A stretch of 64,000 nucleotides of DNA from Octopus bimaculoides (taxonomy: Eukaryota), in contig NC_068983.1 in the NCBI RefSeq assembly GCF_001194135.2, positions 79,053,409 through 79,117,408 on the forward strand, in the 5' to 3' direction. The notes beneath the pieces were generated by a model. The model saw only the letters and a program-made list of their open reading frames with translations, searched no databases and had not been told where the DNA came from. The translations under genes were made by a program, and so were the position numbers. Within the stretch, counting starts at the first letter, position 1. Each line of letters starts with the position of its first letter. Below, in pieces: positions 37,987 to 51,111 of this stretch.

Positions 37987-39240
37987 ATAGAGAGGCATTA
38001 AAATAATAAAATAACAGTAATAAATGAGTGAAGAAAAAAAATATAGTGTGTGTGTTTATTGGGCAAAAAAAAAAATAAATAAAATGAATGTCCCAAAATA
38101 CAACAAACACAAATATATACATAGATATAAAATATATATATATATACATACAAACATATGTATATATACATACTCATTTTCATCATTCGACATTTATGTA
38201 TGTATATATATGCAGTCTTATTCTTTTAGGGGTTTCACTTATGGGACTGCAGCCATGCAGGGACATGGCCTTGAAAGGTATTGTTTATCATATCAGTCCC
38301 AACACTTATTTTTAAGGTACTTATCTTATTGATCTCTTTTTCCCAAACTATGTAAAAGAACATAGACATAAACACAAACATTCACACACATGTACACACA
38401 CACACACATGCACACACTCACATCATTTTAATTATCATGATCATCCTTTAGCATATTTGATGCCCATTTTTCTATGCTGGCTTGGATTGGATGGTTTGAC
38501 TGAATCTGGTGAGGCACAGTGTTGCATCATGCTTCATGTCAGCTTTGGCATGGTTTCTACTGCTGAGTGCTGTTCCTAACACCAACTAATTTACAGTGTC
38601 TGTTGGGTACTTTTTTCCATCCCAATGGCACTAGTCCAGGTAACTTGCAAGAGAAGAAGAAACAAGAAAAGGGGGAAAAGTGAGAGGAGGGGAAAACCAT
38701 TTTGACTAAGTGGGATAAGCATTTAGGAGAATGTTGTGTGATTCCAAGCATTTGGTAAGCATTTCAGAGATTGTTGTGTGCTTCGGAAAAAGAACTTTCA
38801 CATTCTCTCAAAGTTTTTTTCTTAAATGGGTAGAGAAATTCAAAGGATTGCTTTGGTCCAATGATAGAACATCTGTCATATCTACAGGAGATGTGGGTTC
38901 AAGAATAGCCCTTAAATTTTTCTATCCAAAAGGGTTCTTAGCCCAATATTTACGTGCTATTTATTTATAGCTTTATGTGGTGGTGAGCTTTCAGAATTGT
39001 TAGCATATGCTGGACAAAATGATTAGTGGTATTTTGTTCGTCTTTATATTCTGTGTCGAAATTCCATCAAGGTCGACTTTGCCTTTCATCTTTTCAGGGT
39101 CAATAAAGTACTGGGGGGTGGGGGGGTGCAATTGACTTGATCCCTGCTCTAAGGTTTCAGGCCTTGTGCCTATACTAGGTAGGATTATCTATAGCTTTGT
39201 ATGTACTTTGAGATACACAGTTTTTGTAACATATTTCTAC

Positions 39241-39271
<31 letters not shown>

Positions 39272-40540
39272 ATGTATGTATGTATGTATGTATGTATGCA
39301 TGTAAATGAGCTGAAAATGGAGAAAAACTTTTGATCAACAAACAAACTGACTACAATCATTATCATCATCATCATTGTTTAACATCCGTTTTCCATGCTA
39401 GCATGGGTTGGACGATTTGACTGAGGACTGGCATGCCAGAAGGCTGCTCCAGGCTCCAATCTGATCTGGCAGAGTTTCTACAGCTGGATGACCTTCCTAA
39501 CACCAACCACTCTGAGAGTGTAGTGGGTGCTTTTACATGTCACCGGCAGAGGAGCCAGTCCAGCGGCACTGACAACGACCTTGCTCAAATGATTTTCTAA
39601 CATGCCACCAGCACAAGTGCTAGAAGGCGACACTGGTAATGATTATGCTCAAATGGTGCTATTTACAGGCCACTAGCATGGAAGCCAGACAGCTGCTCTG
39701 GCGATGAACATGCTCAGACAGTGCTGTTAGTGCTCCACTGGCCCAGGTGCCAGTCATCGAATATGGTTCAATTTCGATTTCAATTTCTTATATATATATA
39801 TATATATATATATATNNNNNNNNNNNNNNNNNNNNNNNNNNNNNNNNNNNNNNNNNNNNNNNNNNNNNNNNNNNNNNNNNNNNNNNNNNNNNNNNNNNNN
39901 NNNNNNNNNNNNNNNNNNNNNNNNNNNNNNNNNNNNNNNNNNNNNNNNNNNNNNNNNNNNNNNNNNNNNNNNNNNNNNNNNNNNNNNNNNNNNNNNNNNN
40001 NNNNNNNNNNNNNNNNNNNNNNNNNNNNNNNNNNNNNNNNNNNNNNNNNNNNNNNNNNNNNNNGGGGGGGGGGGCGTATGTGTGTGCGTGAATACATACT
40101 GTTCAAAGATTGTGGCAGTGCTGTCACATTTATCTGAACCCTTTCTCACATAACTTCGTCACTACTTCTCTGAAGTCGCTGCTCTTACTGCTACCATTGT
40201 TGGTATTGTTATTTAATTCCAGGTGAGCTTTAGCTATACTCATCTCCACATTTTTATCAAGATTGTAAAATGTAATCTGAAGGAGATTTTGGCTGTTATT
40301 TCTAAAAGATCAATCAACAATTTTGAAGCTATTTTAATAGATCAATGTCATCAATAACAGTGGTGGCATTAGTGGTGGTGGTGGTGGTAGCAGTGCTTGT
40401 GGTGGTGATGGTACTGGTGGTGGTGCTGGTAGTGGTGGCTTTTGTTTTATTACAGTTTAATGAGAGAATCTTTACCCATCAGTTCTCTATGCTATCTAAA
40501 GGGGTGACCTTAACATGGTAGATATCCAAACAATATAGAG

Positions 40541-40725
40541 TAGTGCTTCTCAAAGGGATGGTACCAGTCACTAGAGGTAGAGGAAAATTTTATATTGGGT
40601 ACAAGAGACAAACAAAACAGTGGGAGGTAAAGTAAACACCTGTACATTTCTTTTGATTATGGAAAGTGGCACCAGATCAATGTATAAAACATTGCCAAGT
40701 TTTCAATCTTTTGAGAAAATATTTC
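40541..40725. mobile_element. hAT/Charlie-like MITE with 8-bp TSD
   Basis: TSD ATATAGAG at 40533-40540 and 40726-40733; ends TAGTGCTTCTCAA / TTGAGAAAATATTTC. Confidence 0.65.
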
Positions 40726-41280
40726 ATATAGAGAGTTTTTCTGTTCATAACAACACCAACAAAAGACAATTTTTCATTGTTTAGGTTTACACCTGAAACA
40801 ATACATACTACATACCATTACTTTTGTTGTTCTTCTTATTCATGTTGTCACTGACAAGATTTCTACATGGTGTTGTTGAAATGTCTATGTTTACTTGTAG
40901 TCCATGTTTATTACTACAAGTATTCTGCATAGTTTTTGATTTCAGAGTGTGAAAAGTATTATTTGGTATATTTTCAGATTGTTTGGTTTTGAATATTTAC
41001 ACCTTTTTTTTTCTTTTCTTTCTTTTTGTTTTTTTTTCTTCTGATTGCTGATGTGAAAGAACAAATAAATTTTTTGTCCAGAAATAAAACACACTGTATT
41101 TCATTTTTTGTCAGTTTCTGCTGTGACAGGCTCCAGCCTGTGGTAAATTATCTGTATGTGAGTATTTGCAGTAAAAACTTTATTTTATGTAGTAAAATCC
41201 TTCACTTAGGAGAGCAACTTGAAGAAACATTTCTACTTTGTCAAGAGTGGTTAATAATAATAATAATGATGATGATAATA

Positions 41281-41650
41281 ATAGGAGAGACAAATACTGT
41301 CAGATCATTGATGTAGCCATACCAAATGACATGAATGTTGTGAGTAAAGAGGTTGAAAAAATCACAAGTATTCCAAATTGAAAGTGGAAATGGCAACACT
41401 GTATGGAATGCAAGAGGGTAATTAAAAGTGATGCCAGTGGTGATCGGAGCATTGGGCTGAATGTCATTGAAACTTCAAGACTTCTTAAGGTAACTGGAAA
41501 TCCCATGCAAGATTGATGTCTTGCAAAAAGCAGCCTTATTGGGCACAGCGATGATCTTAAGGAAAGAATTATCTGTCTGAGTTCCTTGTTGTGACTTGAC
41601 AGATGACTAAAGACTCCAGTGCATTTTTACTTACACTGTGTTACAAAGGA
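41281..41650 (+). mobile_element. R4/Dong-like RLE 3' fragment within (AAT)n
   Basis: CQIIDVAIPNDMNVVSKEVEKIT...VVIGALG...LQKAALLGTAMILRKELSV*. Confidence 0.85.
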
Positions 41651-41999
41651 ATTATAATGATAATAATAATAATAATTGTAATGATGATAATAATAATAAT
41701 GATAATAATAATAATAATGGTTTCAAATTTTACCACTAGGGCAGCAATTTTGAGGGAGGAGGTAAGTTGATTTCATCAACTCCTGTGTTTCACTGGTACT
41801 TAATTCATTGACCTCGAAATAACCAAAGACAAAGTCAACCTTAGCAGAATTTGAACTCAGAACATAGTGACAGGCAAAATACTGCAAAGCATTCCATCCA
41901 GCATGCTAGAGATTCTGCTAAGCTTGCTGCCTTAATAATAAGGATAATAATAATTATGATGATGATGATGATGATGACGATGACAATGACGATGATGAC

Positions 42000-43168
42000 A
42001 ACTGGCCTAGACACTTAGTTGAAAACTCTGATGACTGGATATTAAAACTTGTCTCAAAGTGTGAAAACAAGAAAGCATCATACTCAGTAACAAAACAGGC
42101 AGAGGAATATCTAAGTGAATTCCAAACACAACAAATTGCAGAATTAGACTTACTAGAAACAAGCACAGAAAAAGCTAAGCATATGAAAACCTGTGCTAAA
42201 ACTGCTGCCTTAGATATTCTTACTGCTCAATGGCAAGAAAAACCTCTCAATGGCAAATACCCAAAGAGAGCTAATAGTGCCGATGTTGACAAAGCACTTA
42301 CCCATCAATGGATTAAAATCAGAAACAGAAGGGTTTATCATAGCCTAAGATCAATGCCTACCTTCAAGGAACTACCAGGCCAACATATTAAAGAACGGTA
42401 ATAGCCCAACATGTCTTGTATGTTGACAACAAAATGAAACTATTGATCATGTTGTCTCCATGTGCAGTCTTCTTGCACCTACAGAGTATCCCAACAGGTA
42501 TAATAGAGCAACACAATATATTCACTGGGTAATTTGCAAAAACCTGGACCTGCCCCATGATAAAAATTTGTGGGAATGCAAACCACCTCCAGTTCTTCAA
42601 AATGATCACATCTCAGTCCTCTGGAACTTTACCATTCAAACTGACTGAAAGATAGATGCAAATAGGTCAGACATTATATTGAAAGACTTCAGCTAAAAAT
42701 CATGCCTCCTCATTGATATGACTGTACCAATCGACTGAAATGTATCTGTCAAGACCTACCAAAAACTAAGCAAGTATAAAGATCTTGAAATAGAAATTGG
42801 CAAAATGTGGAACCTCAAGGCTAAAATAATACCTGTTGTCATAGGTGCCTTAGGAATGATAGCAAAAGGGGCTGATTCCTAACTAGCTCAGATACCAGGA
42901 AACCCCAACATGGCAGAAATTCAAAAGATAGTGTTCATGGGAACTGCTCATATCCTATGTAAAATACTGTCTATGTAATCTCAAATTTTAAAACAAACTC
43001 ATAATTTTCTTGTTTTCTTAAACATTCTCTAAAACAACAATACGTGCAAAACCAAATATATGACGCCCTAGGCATAACACCTACATGAACTTCTAACTTG
43101 TTGTCTCTTGAGGTCTCTGGGTTAGACTTGGAATGAACTTCTACAAATACAAAGCAAAAGCCAAACAT
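42000..43168 (+). mobile_element. R4/Dong-like LINE 3' part (CCHC plus RLE) with (AAT)n tail
   Basis: WQEKPLNGKYP; ETIDHVVSMCSLLAPTEYPNRYNRATQYIHWVIC; LWNFTIQTD; KLSKYKDLEIEIGKMWNLK; VVIGALG. Confidence 0.9.
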
Positions 43169-44431
43169 ATAATAATAATGATAATAATAATAATAATAAT
43201 AATAACAATAATAATAATGATGATGATGATAGTTGTTTCATATTTTATCACAAGACCAATGATATTGAGGGGATGAGGGTTAGTTGATACTATTGACCTT
43301 AGTACTTGATTGGGACTTTATTTTACCAACCTCAAAGCCATAAAAGATGAAGCTGGCTTCAATAGGGCTTGAACTCAGAATATAAAAACACCAAAAGAAA
43401 TCCAGTAATGCATTTTTTTTTCATATCTCTAATGGTTCCTCCAAATCATTGCCCTTAATAAATTCATATTTAGGCACACTTTTTCAGAGGGTGAGTTAGT
43501 CAATTACATTAAGGCCAACATTTGACAAGGATTCTGTTTTACTGGCCCTGAAAGTATGAAAGGCAAATTGATTTCAGTGAGATTTGAACTCAGAATATAA
43601 ACCACTGGAAGAAATACTGTAAGACATTTTATCTGGTGCTCTAATGATTCTGCCAAGCCACTATCTTGGATACAAATAACAAAAATAATAAGAATTTCAC
43701 ATTATTCTCAATCAGTTGGAGGCTTAAAACCAAAACAAACAAGCTCTTAAGGGTTAAGCTTCAGTGAGAAACTACTGACAATTTAAAATAACTCACCCTC
43801 TATTTGTTGCTTCAAAATGAGATTTAAGATTAAATTTTTGTGGGATTTTTATCTATTTTTACAATTACTGAAGAGTAATCATTAACTTACAAACTCTGAC
43901 ACATCGCACAGCGAGAGATTATTGTAACACTACATCTTATTAAAGAATTAAATTACTAGCAATACACGCTTCATAGATTATCATGTGAAGAAGAAGAAGA
44001 AGAAGAAGAAGAAGAAGAGGAGATGCATTTCCTTTAAAAAAAAAAGTAAAGAAAAAAGGAAGGAGATGAGATCTCATTGAAATTGACAAGACCATCACAT
44101 TTTAAAGCAGAATTAAGATTTCTTATGAAATGTTACATTCCCATATTCCTAAACTGACATGTGATTCTAAAGTGTCTGTTGTGTATTAGTTTCTGGACCA
44201 ATGCAGTCAAATATATAATGAAATCAAACCATAGTTGTTTCTCTTCCAATTACCTTGGTTAAGAAACTTTATTTGTTATTCGAATGAACATTTCTTTCTC
44301 TCTGTTTCTGTATTTGTAACCTCAATGTATTGTACATTATTTGATTTGAACAGCTCTCTTGTTAACCCCACCTCGTCACCAGTGAACATAAAAAAATATA
44401 AATAATTGTAATTATTTCACACACAATGACA

Positions 44432-44472
<41 letters not shown>

Positions 44473-44799
44473 TAAGTGATAGGCTTGCCTCGATCCTTCA
44501 GGGGTAGTCTGAAGCATCCAAGCAACCAGGGGATGTTTAAATCCGGAGGCACTCCTGGAGATCACCTGTACGGGTACCGTCTTGGGAAGAGGGCATCCAG
44601 AGGCAGGTAATTTACTGCTTAAACCGTAGTTTATAATTATATTTATATGGAGAATGGAGCAACAAATACAAGAAAAAGCAATACTGTTGGACTAGTTAGC
44701 CGCTGTTTTATTACGTGGAGGTTGTGTAATGAGTCATTGTGGAGGTGACCTTAGCAATGCCCTTACATAAATAAATATATATATATATATACATACATA

Positions 44800-44880
<81 letters not shown>

Positions 44881-45081
44881 GAATGTGAGTGTGAATGTGT
44901 ATTATATACAAGTGTGTGTGTGAATGACAGAAGCTGTACATTCAAAAAGTATCCAATTTTATTTTTCCCATCAAAATTAATGCTGCATGGGCAAAATCCT
45001 TTGGGTAAGAAGTGATGCCATTCTTTCTGCATATGCATGAATATTTTCATGTTGGAATGCTGCATCAGTTCCTGTTTATTA

Positions 45082-45509
45082 AACCTAGAGTACAGACTTA
45101 GGATTTTCGTTTACATGCAGAATGACTAAATGCATCGAGCAGAGACCATAAACTCATGTCTCATTACCAGTATTGATGGTCTTCCTGAAGTCTGTGTCAT
45201 GGTTTGTTCAGTACAACATGTCCTGAGCGATTTCTATGTGCAGTTGCTTGTGCTACCCTGCCAGCATATTAGGGACAAATTTTGCTAATACTCTCCACAT
45301 GCACAAATCCTTCATTAAAATGGAACCAGATACTGAGCTTATTCCTAATTTGTGAGCAATTTCCTAGATTGTTAAACGATGGTTTTCATTGACTATTTGC
45401 TAAACCTTCTGAACTGGCTCCTCATTTCCACTTGTTGAAGACTGCCTGAGCATGCCTCAGTGAAAGCAAAAATCTGATGGGTGCGCACTACACATCTGTA
45501 CTCTAGGTC
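45082..45509 (-). mobile_element. Mariner transposase fragment bracketed by 15-bp inverted repeats and TA
   Basis: Minus: STSGNEEPVQKV...ENHRLTI*EIAHKLGISS...RVLAKFVP...INTGNET*VYG; TA|AACCTAGAGTACAGA ... TCTGTACTCTAGGTC|TA. Confidence 0.7.
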
Positions 45510-46142
45510 TAACAACCTGAAACTGGCACAACCTATTGGTATGAAATTGCACAGGAAGGGTGGTATCACCTACCATCCAAAAGATTTTGTCTCTTCAACA
45601 TGAGTTTTGGCAAGAAAATAAAGTCAAATACTTCTTTAAACACACTTTGTGTGTGTGTGTATGTATGTGCACACGTGCATGCGCTCATATGTTTGCGTAC
45701 ATACATATATATGAATGTGTTTGCATGTGTACATACACGTCTCTGTGTGTACAGACGAGTCTGGTACAGTCCTTCAGTTTACCAACCTTGGACAAACCAT
45801 CCAACTCATGCCAGCATGGACAACAGACGTTAAATGATGACGAAGATGATGATGATGATGATGATGATATATATATATGTATTATCTAAGTGTGTGTCTT
45901 TGTATATGTGCTTGTCACCTACCATCACTTGACAACTTGTGTTAGTTTATTTACATATCTGTAACTTAATGATTCAGCAAAAATAGGACGAAAGAATAAA
46001 TACAAGTCTTAAATAAATAAGTTGTGGGATCAACTTTTTTGACTAAACCCTTCAAGGCAGTGCTCCTGCAAGGGTGAGGCCCAGTGAAACAGTGAAACAA
46101 GTGAAAGATGGAAGATAAAAGATATCACTCTGTCTATGCGCA

Positions 46143-46177
<35 letters not shown>

Positions 46178-46765
46178 ATATATATATATATATTTCTTTT
46201 ATTCTTTTATTTGTTTCAGTCATTTGACTGTAGCTATGCTGGAGCATTGCCTTTTACTCGAACAAATCAACTCCTTGGACTTATTCTTTGTAAGCCTAGT
46301 ACTTATTCTATCAGTCTCCTTTGCCAAACAGTTAAGTTATGGGGACGTGAACACACCAACATTGGTTGTCAAGCGATGGCGGGTGGGGGTGGGGTCAAAC
46401 ACAGACACAAACATACACATACACACACACACATATATATATATATGGGCTTCTTTCAGTTTCTGTCTAGCAAAATCCATTCACAAGGCTTTGGTCAGTC
46501 TGAGGCTTTAGTAGAGGATGCTTGCTCAAGGTGCAACACAGTGGGACTGAACCTGAAATGTGGTTGGTAAGCAAGCTACTTACCACACAGTCATTCCTAT
46601 ATATATATATAGATATTATTCATTTAAAATGCAGAGATGCCTATAATAGGACATCTACTCGCTAGACCACTGGTGGTAAATAAAATTTCTAAAAAATTTT
46701 TTTTGCTACCCTATAATTTATTAATAATGATAAAATTCTATATATATAGATATATATATATATGG

Positions 46766-46821
<56 letters not shown>

Positions 46822-47025
46822 CATCNNNNNNNNNNNNNNNNNNNNNNNNNNNNNNNNNNNNNNNNNNTATAGATATTATTCATTTAAAATGCAGAGATGC
46901 CTATAATAGGACATCTACTCGCTAGACCACTGGTGGTAAATAAAATTTCTAAAAAATTTTTTTTGCTACCCTATAATTTATTAATAATGATAAAATTCTA
47001 TATATATAGATATATATATATATGG

Positions 47026-47081
<56 letters not shown>

Positions 47082-47847
47082 CATCATGGATTTTAGTCAG
47101 AATTAACTGAATGGTAAATTGCTCAATCAACTGGTTTACTAGGCAGGCTCATTGAATTAATTAGTAAGTGGTTAAGTATTCCATAGGTTTTTATTCCCCT
47201 AGAATCAGCAAGATACAGTGCGACAAAGGTGGATCTTTGAATTACAAGCACTATTCAATTAATAGACATTTATTGACCAGTTTCCATCATCCCAGTTTCC
47301 CTCACAAGATATGGATTGATAAAGATTATAAAAAATAAGACTCGACAAAGATGCCATCCATCATCATCATCACTACCATCATTTGATGTCTGCTTTCCAT
47401 GCTGGCATGAGTAGGGCAAACTGAGAAGAAACCTGTGAACCACAGGGCTGCATCAAGCTCCAGTGTCAACTTTGGCATGGTTCCTGCAGTTGGATGCCCT
47501 TTCTGATAATGCCAGCTACTTTACAGAGTGTACTGGGTGCGTTTTTCATGATACCAGCATTGATGGGGTTGCTGTGTATCTTGCAAGACAGGAAAAAACA
47601 GAGACAAAGGAAATGGAAAAAGTTTCCACTCCTGAAAGAAAATATTTAGCAGGAGAAAGTGAAGGTGGGTAGTTGTATGTGAAATGTTGAAGGGCTAAAG
47701 TATTATAGAGGAATAAACACAGGTGTCTTGTTATGGAGGAGATATATAGCTGAAGGAGATAAGTGGAAGCGGTGATATGGTGCTAGAGCAAACTCTCAAG
47801 GAATGAGAAGGTGAGCAGAAGAGAAGACATGGATAGTGGATCATGGG

Positions 47848-48266
47848 CAGTGCTGGATTAACCATTAAGCAAAATAAGCATGTGCTTAGGGCATCAAGGG
47901 AAGGAGGGGACACCACAAAAATGGTAAATGGTTTATGGTGCAAAAGAAATCACTTTAAACTTGCTAAAATAATATTCAGGATGCCTTTATCTCTACTAAG
48001 TATAGATGCAAATGTGTTACCTACGATTAATTTTGAGGATCAAACACTTTGCAATTCGAAAATGTAGAAAACTTTTCAAATATAAATTAAGTGGAAGTAT
48101 ACAAAAATAAACATTATTTTCTCTCTTACTGTTTGGTTTCATTTTGAAAAATTAAAATTTATTTTATGGTTTGTTATTGTTTATGTTTTGAATTACATAA
48201 CCTTTTTATGGGGGCACCAAAATCCTTGAAGCACTTAGGGCCTTGATGGGTCTTAATCCAGCCTTG
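47848..48266 (+). mobile_element. hAT non-autonomous element with TIRs, 8-bp TSD and transposase C-terminal remnant
   Basis: TSD ATCATGGG at 47840-47847 and 48267-48274; TIR CAGTGCTGGATTAA / TTAATCCAGCCTTG; internal LSLLSIDANVLPTINFED resembles the hAT dimerization end. Confidence 0.9.
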
Positions 48267-48999
48267 ATCATGGGAAGAAATGAGATAGTGAATGCTTTCA
48301 TAAGAGTGTGAGGGAGGAGTAAACTGGTGGAGGCAGAGGTTAATGTAGTGAGTGATGAACAAGGGTGGGAGTAAACTTAGACTGCATGATTGCAAAATAA
48401 ACTTCTTAGACATTCGTCATATTGTACCTATATTTCAGCCATCTTTGCACCCTAGTAAAAGTGAGACAAATACTTATTTTTGAAGTTCTCATGACAACTA
48501 AGTTGATAGAGTGGAGGATTTTAGTTGCAGTTATATATCTATACAATAAAACATTTACAGATACTAATTTAACAGATTAACTAATTCAAAATCTCTTTTG
48601 TGTAATCAATAATACGTTTCATCCAGTAAAACAGTTATAAGTGCCAATTTGGTAGCTTAATTTATTCAGATTCTCTTTTGTGTAATTAGTAATTTAGTTT
48701 ATCTTGTTAAAACATTTATAGTAGCTAATTTAGCAGATTAATTCATTATTCAGAATCTCTTTGATATGATTAATAACATAGTTGTTCACTATATGTCAGA
48801 TATGTGGTTCAATTCCCATAAGATGACTTCATATATATATAAATACAAACTTGTTACCAATTCAAATATACTTGAGACATATTGGAACCCTTAAGAAAGC
48901 CATTCGCTGTATTTTATCAAGGAGAAAATTTCTCATTGTAGACAAATAGGTGTAAACACTCCAAGTCAGTTCAAAATGTCCTCTAACTGATGGATGTGT

Positions 49000-49140
49000 A
49001 GTGAGTCATGGAAGTGCTATTTTGTTGTCACAGATTAGCACAGTTGTGCTTTGGCAACTGCAGCCAATCAGAGCTGGTTGCATAACTATAAATACAGTGT
49101 CATCTATCCAGAAAGGAATTCTGTTCCAGTCAGTCAGACA
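49000..49140 (+). promoter_or_regulatory. Candidate Pol II core promoter (or solo-LTR U3/R): AP-1-like site, CCAAT, TATA, Inr-like
   Basis: TGAGTCA 49002-49008; GCAGCCAATCAGAG (CCAAT 49064-49068); TATAAATA 49087-49094; TCAGT at 49130. Confidence 0.45.
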
Positions 49141-49588
49141 GCAGTTAGCAGAAGACTTCAACAAGAGTACAGCTATTTTCAGTGGGACTTTGGAAGGACA
49201 TTACACCTGATGACATTATTTCAACATGAACAGCTGTATTATTTCACCAACTTAATACTGTAAACTTCAGGATTACATTAAGCTCACACAGCAAATCCCA
49301 TTATTCCCCGTGGGCAGAACCTACCTGTTCTTACTACCTTTATCACGGTATGCTTCTACCTATTTGTGTAATAGTAAGTCCAATGGTCTTCCTTGACTCA
49401 CTACATACAGCAACTGTCTACTCTAATTGCAACACAAATAAATAATGATGTTTGTTCTAATATAGCCTTCTGATGTATTTTCTCAATGCCTCAAAGATGC
49501 AACTGTTTCTTCACTGACTTCTGCATTGTGTATTCATTTGGTAACATGCTAAAATTGGTAACACTTTACTCAACACAGAAACAACAAG

Positions 49589-49636
49589 CCTGTAGATGCA
49601 TGCATTTTGGAGTGTTTATCTCGTCTTCAGCATCAG
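49589..49636 (-). ncRNA. Degenerate minimal hammerhead-like motif
   Basis: Minus: CUGAUG-CUGAAGA-C-GAG-AUAAACA-CUC-CAAAA-UGCAUGC-AUC-UACAG. The GAAA is mutated; stem III is palindromic with an AUC triplet. Confidence 0.35.
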
Positions 49637-50189
49637 ATACTGGAAAGGGGAAAACTACAAACTGACAAGTGATGGATATCTTTTATTATATGGCTGTCAT
49701 CATACTGTGATTTGTTGTGCAAATTGGTGATGGAATCTGAAAAAAGCCAATTTTACATGTCTGTATGTGTGTGTGTGTGTGTGTGTGTGTGCATGTGTGT
49801 GTATGTATATATGTGTTTGTATATATATAAAAATATATGTCTGTATATAAATATATAGGCATACATATATATATATATATATCATCATCATCATTGTTTA
49901 ACGTCTGCTTTCCATGCTAGCATGGGTTGGACGATTTGACTGAGGACTGGTGAAGCAGATGGCTGCACCAGGGTCCAATCTGATTTGGCAGAGTTTCTTC
50001 AGCTGGATTCCCTTCCTAATGCCAACCACTCCAAGAGTGTAGTGGGTGCTTTTACATGCCACTGGCCAGTCAGGCGGTACATGTATGGCCACGCTCGAAA
50101 TGGTGATATATATATATATATTTTACATATTCTTTTACATATTTATAAAGATATATTTTTATATTTTTATTGCTTAATATATTTTTACA

Positions 50190-50860
50190 CATTTTTCCTG
50201 TATTTTACCTTCCACCCTGCATTTTTCTTGTGCATGTGCATATATAGATGTGTATATGAATTTTTTGTGCACGTGTGTGTGTGCATGTGCATGGGTATGT
50301 ATATATGTACATGTGTATGGTTGCATATATATGTGGGTGTACATGCGAGAGTTCCATGTAAGTGTAAGTAAGCATATGTTATGTAGCATGTACATATTTT
50401 AAACATGCATTTGAATATAGCTGCATGTATGGGTACATGCACGTGTGTGTGTGTGTGTGTGCGCACTTGTGTATGCGGATACACGTGTACATCGTGCATG
50501 TGTGTGCATGTGTGCGGATATGTGTATATGTACATGTATATGTACATGGGTATGGTTGCATGCATGTGTGGGTGTACATGCATGTGTTCCACGCAAGTGT
50601 GAGCAATCATATAGCATGTGCATATGGTTATGTGCACGTGTGTGTGTACATGCGCACGTGTGTGTGTATATGTGCATGCACACGTGTACGTGGATTTGTA
50701 TACGTGTACAAGCATGGTTGCATATATATGTACATCTATTTGGCGTATGTGTGGGTGCACATGTGTGTGTTTCATGTGAGTCTGAGTGAGCATGTGCATA
50801 TAGGCACATGTATGTGGGTGTGCATGCGCGCATGTGTACGTATGCACGTAGGCAATTGCT
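50190..50860. repeat. Cryptic (TG/CA)-rich low-complexity array
   Basis: Degenerate TGTGCATG/TGTACATG repeats; source of the His/Thr and Cys/Val ORFs. Confidence 0.9.
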
Positions 50861-51011
50861 ATGAGCATTTTTACTCTTTTACTTTTTACTTCCTCCTCTT
50901 TGGTTTTTTTCCCTTATTTAACAGTCATTCTAATAGTTCTTTTGTCTTAATAACTGTGAATTACATAGTAATTTCCCTTTGTTTAACAGTCATTTTCATA
51001 GCATATTTTGA

Positions 51012-51086
51012 TTGCCTTGATAACTGAAGAGATGCTGGTGCAGGTTTCTACCCCGACATCTGAAACTCAGAGTTTTATTATGGCAA
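51012..51086 (+). ncRNA. Type I hammerhead ribozyme-like motif (best in window)
   Basis: Stem I UUGCCUUGAUAA / UUAUUAUGGCAA (11 of 12 pairs); CUGAAGA; stem II GAUGCUGG / CCGACAUC; one extra U; GAAA; stem III ACU-CAG-AGU; GUU cleavage triplet. Confidence 0.7.
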
Positions 51087-51111
51087 ACGAATAACTGTCA
51101 CATATTATATT

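Noticed and set aside
40064-40073. Poly-G run as a G-quadruplex or regulatory site
   Set aside because: It lies at a contig edge next to a gap and may be a sequencing artefact.
43790-44100. Minus-strand GTGAGT donor after unique sequence (possible non-coding exon)
   Set aside because: A single splice-like motif is insufficient without transcript data.
46608-47085. Identical 218-bp tandem duplication (46608-46825 and 46868-47085) giving two identical 60-aa ORFs
   Set aside because: It flanks a 42-N gap exactly, which is typical of unmerged overlapping contig ends.
50174-51027. His/Thr, Cys/Val and Ile/Tyr-rich ORFs here and at 55215-55966, 61672-62119, 35168-35489 and elsewhere
   Set aside because: These are translations of (CA)/(TG)/(TA) microsatellites with no domain signal.
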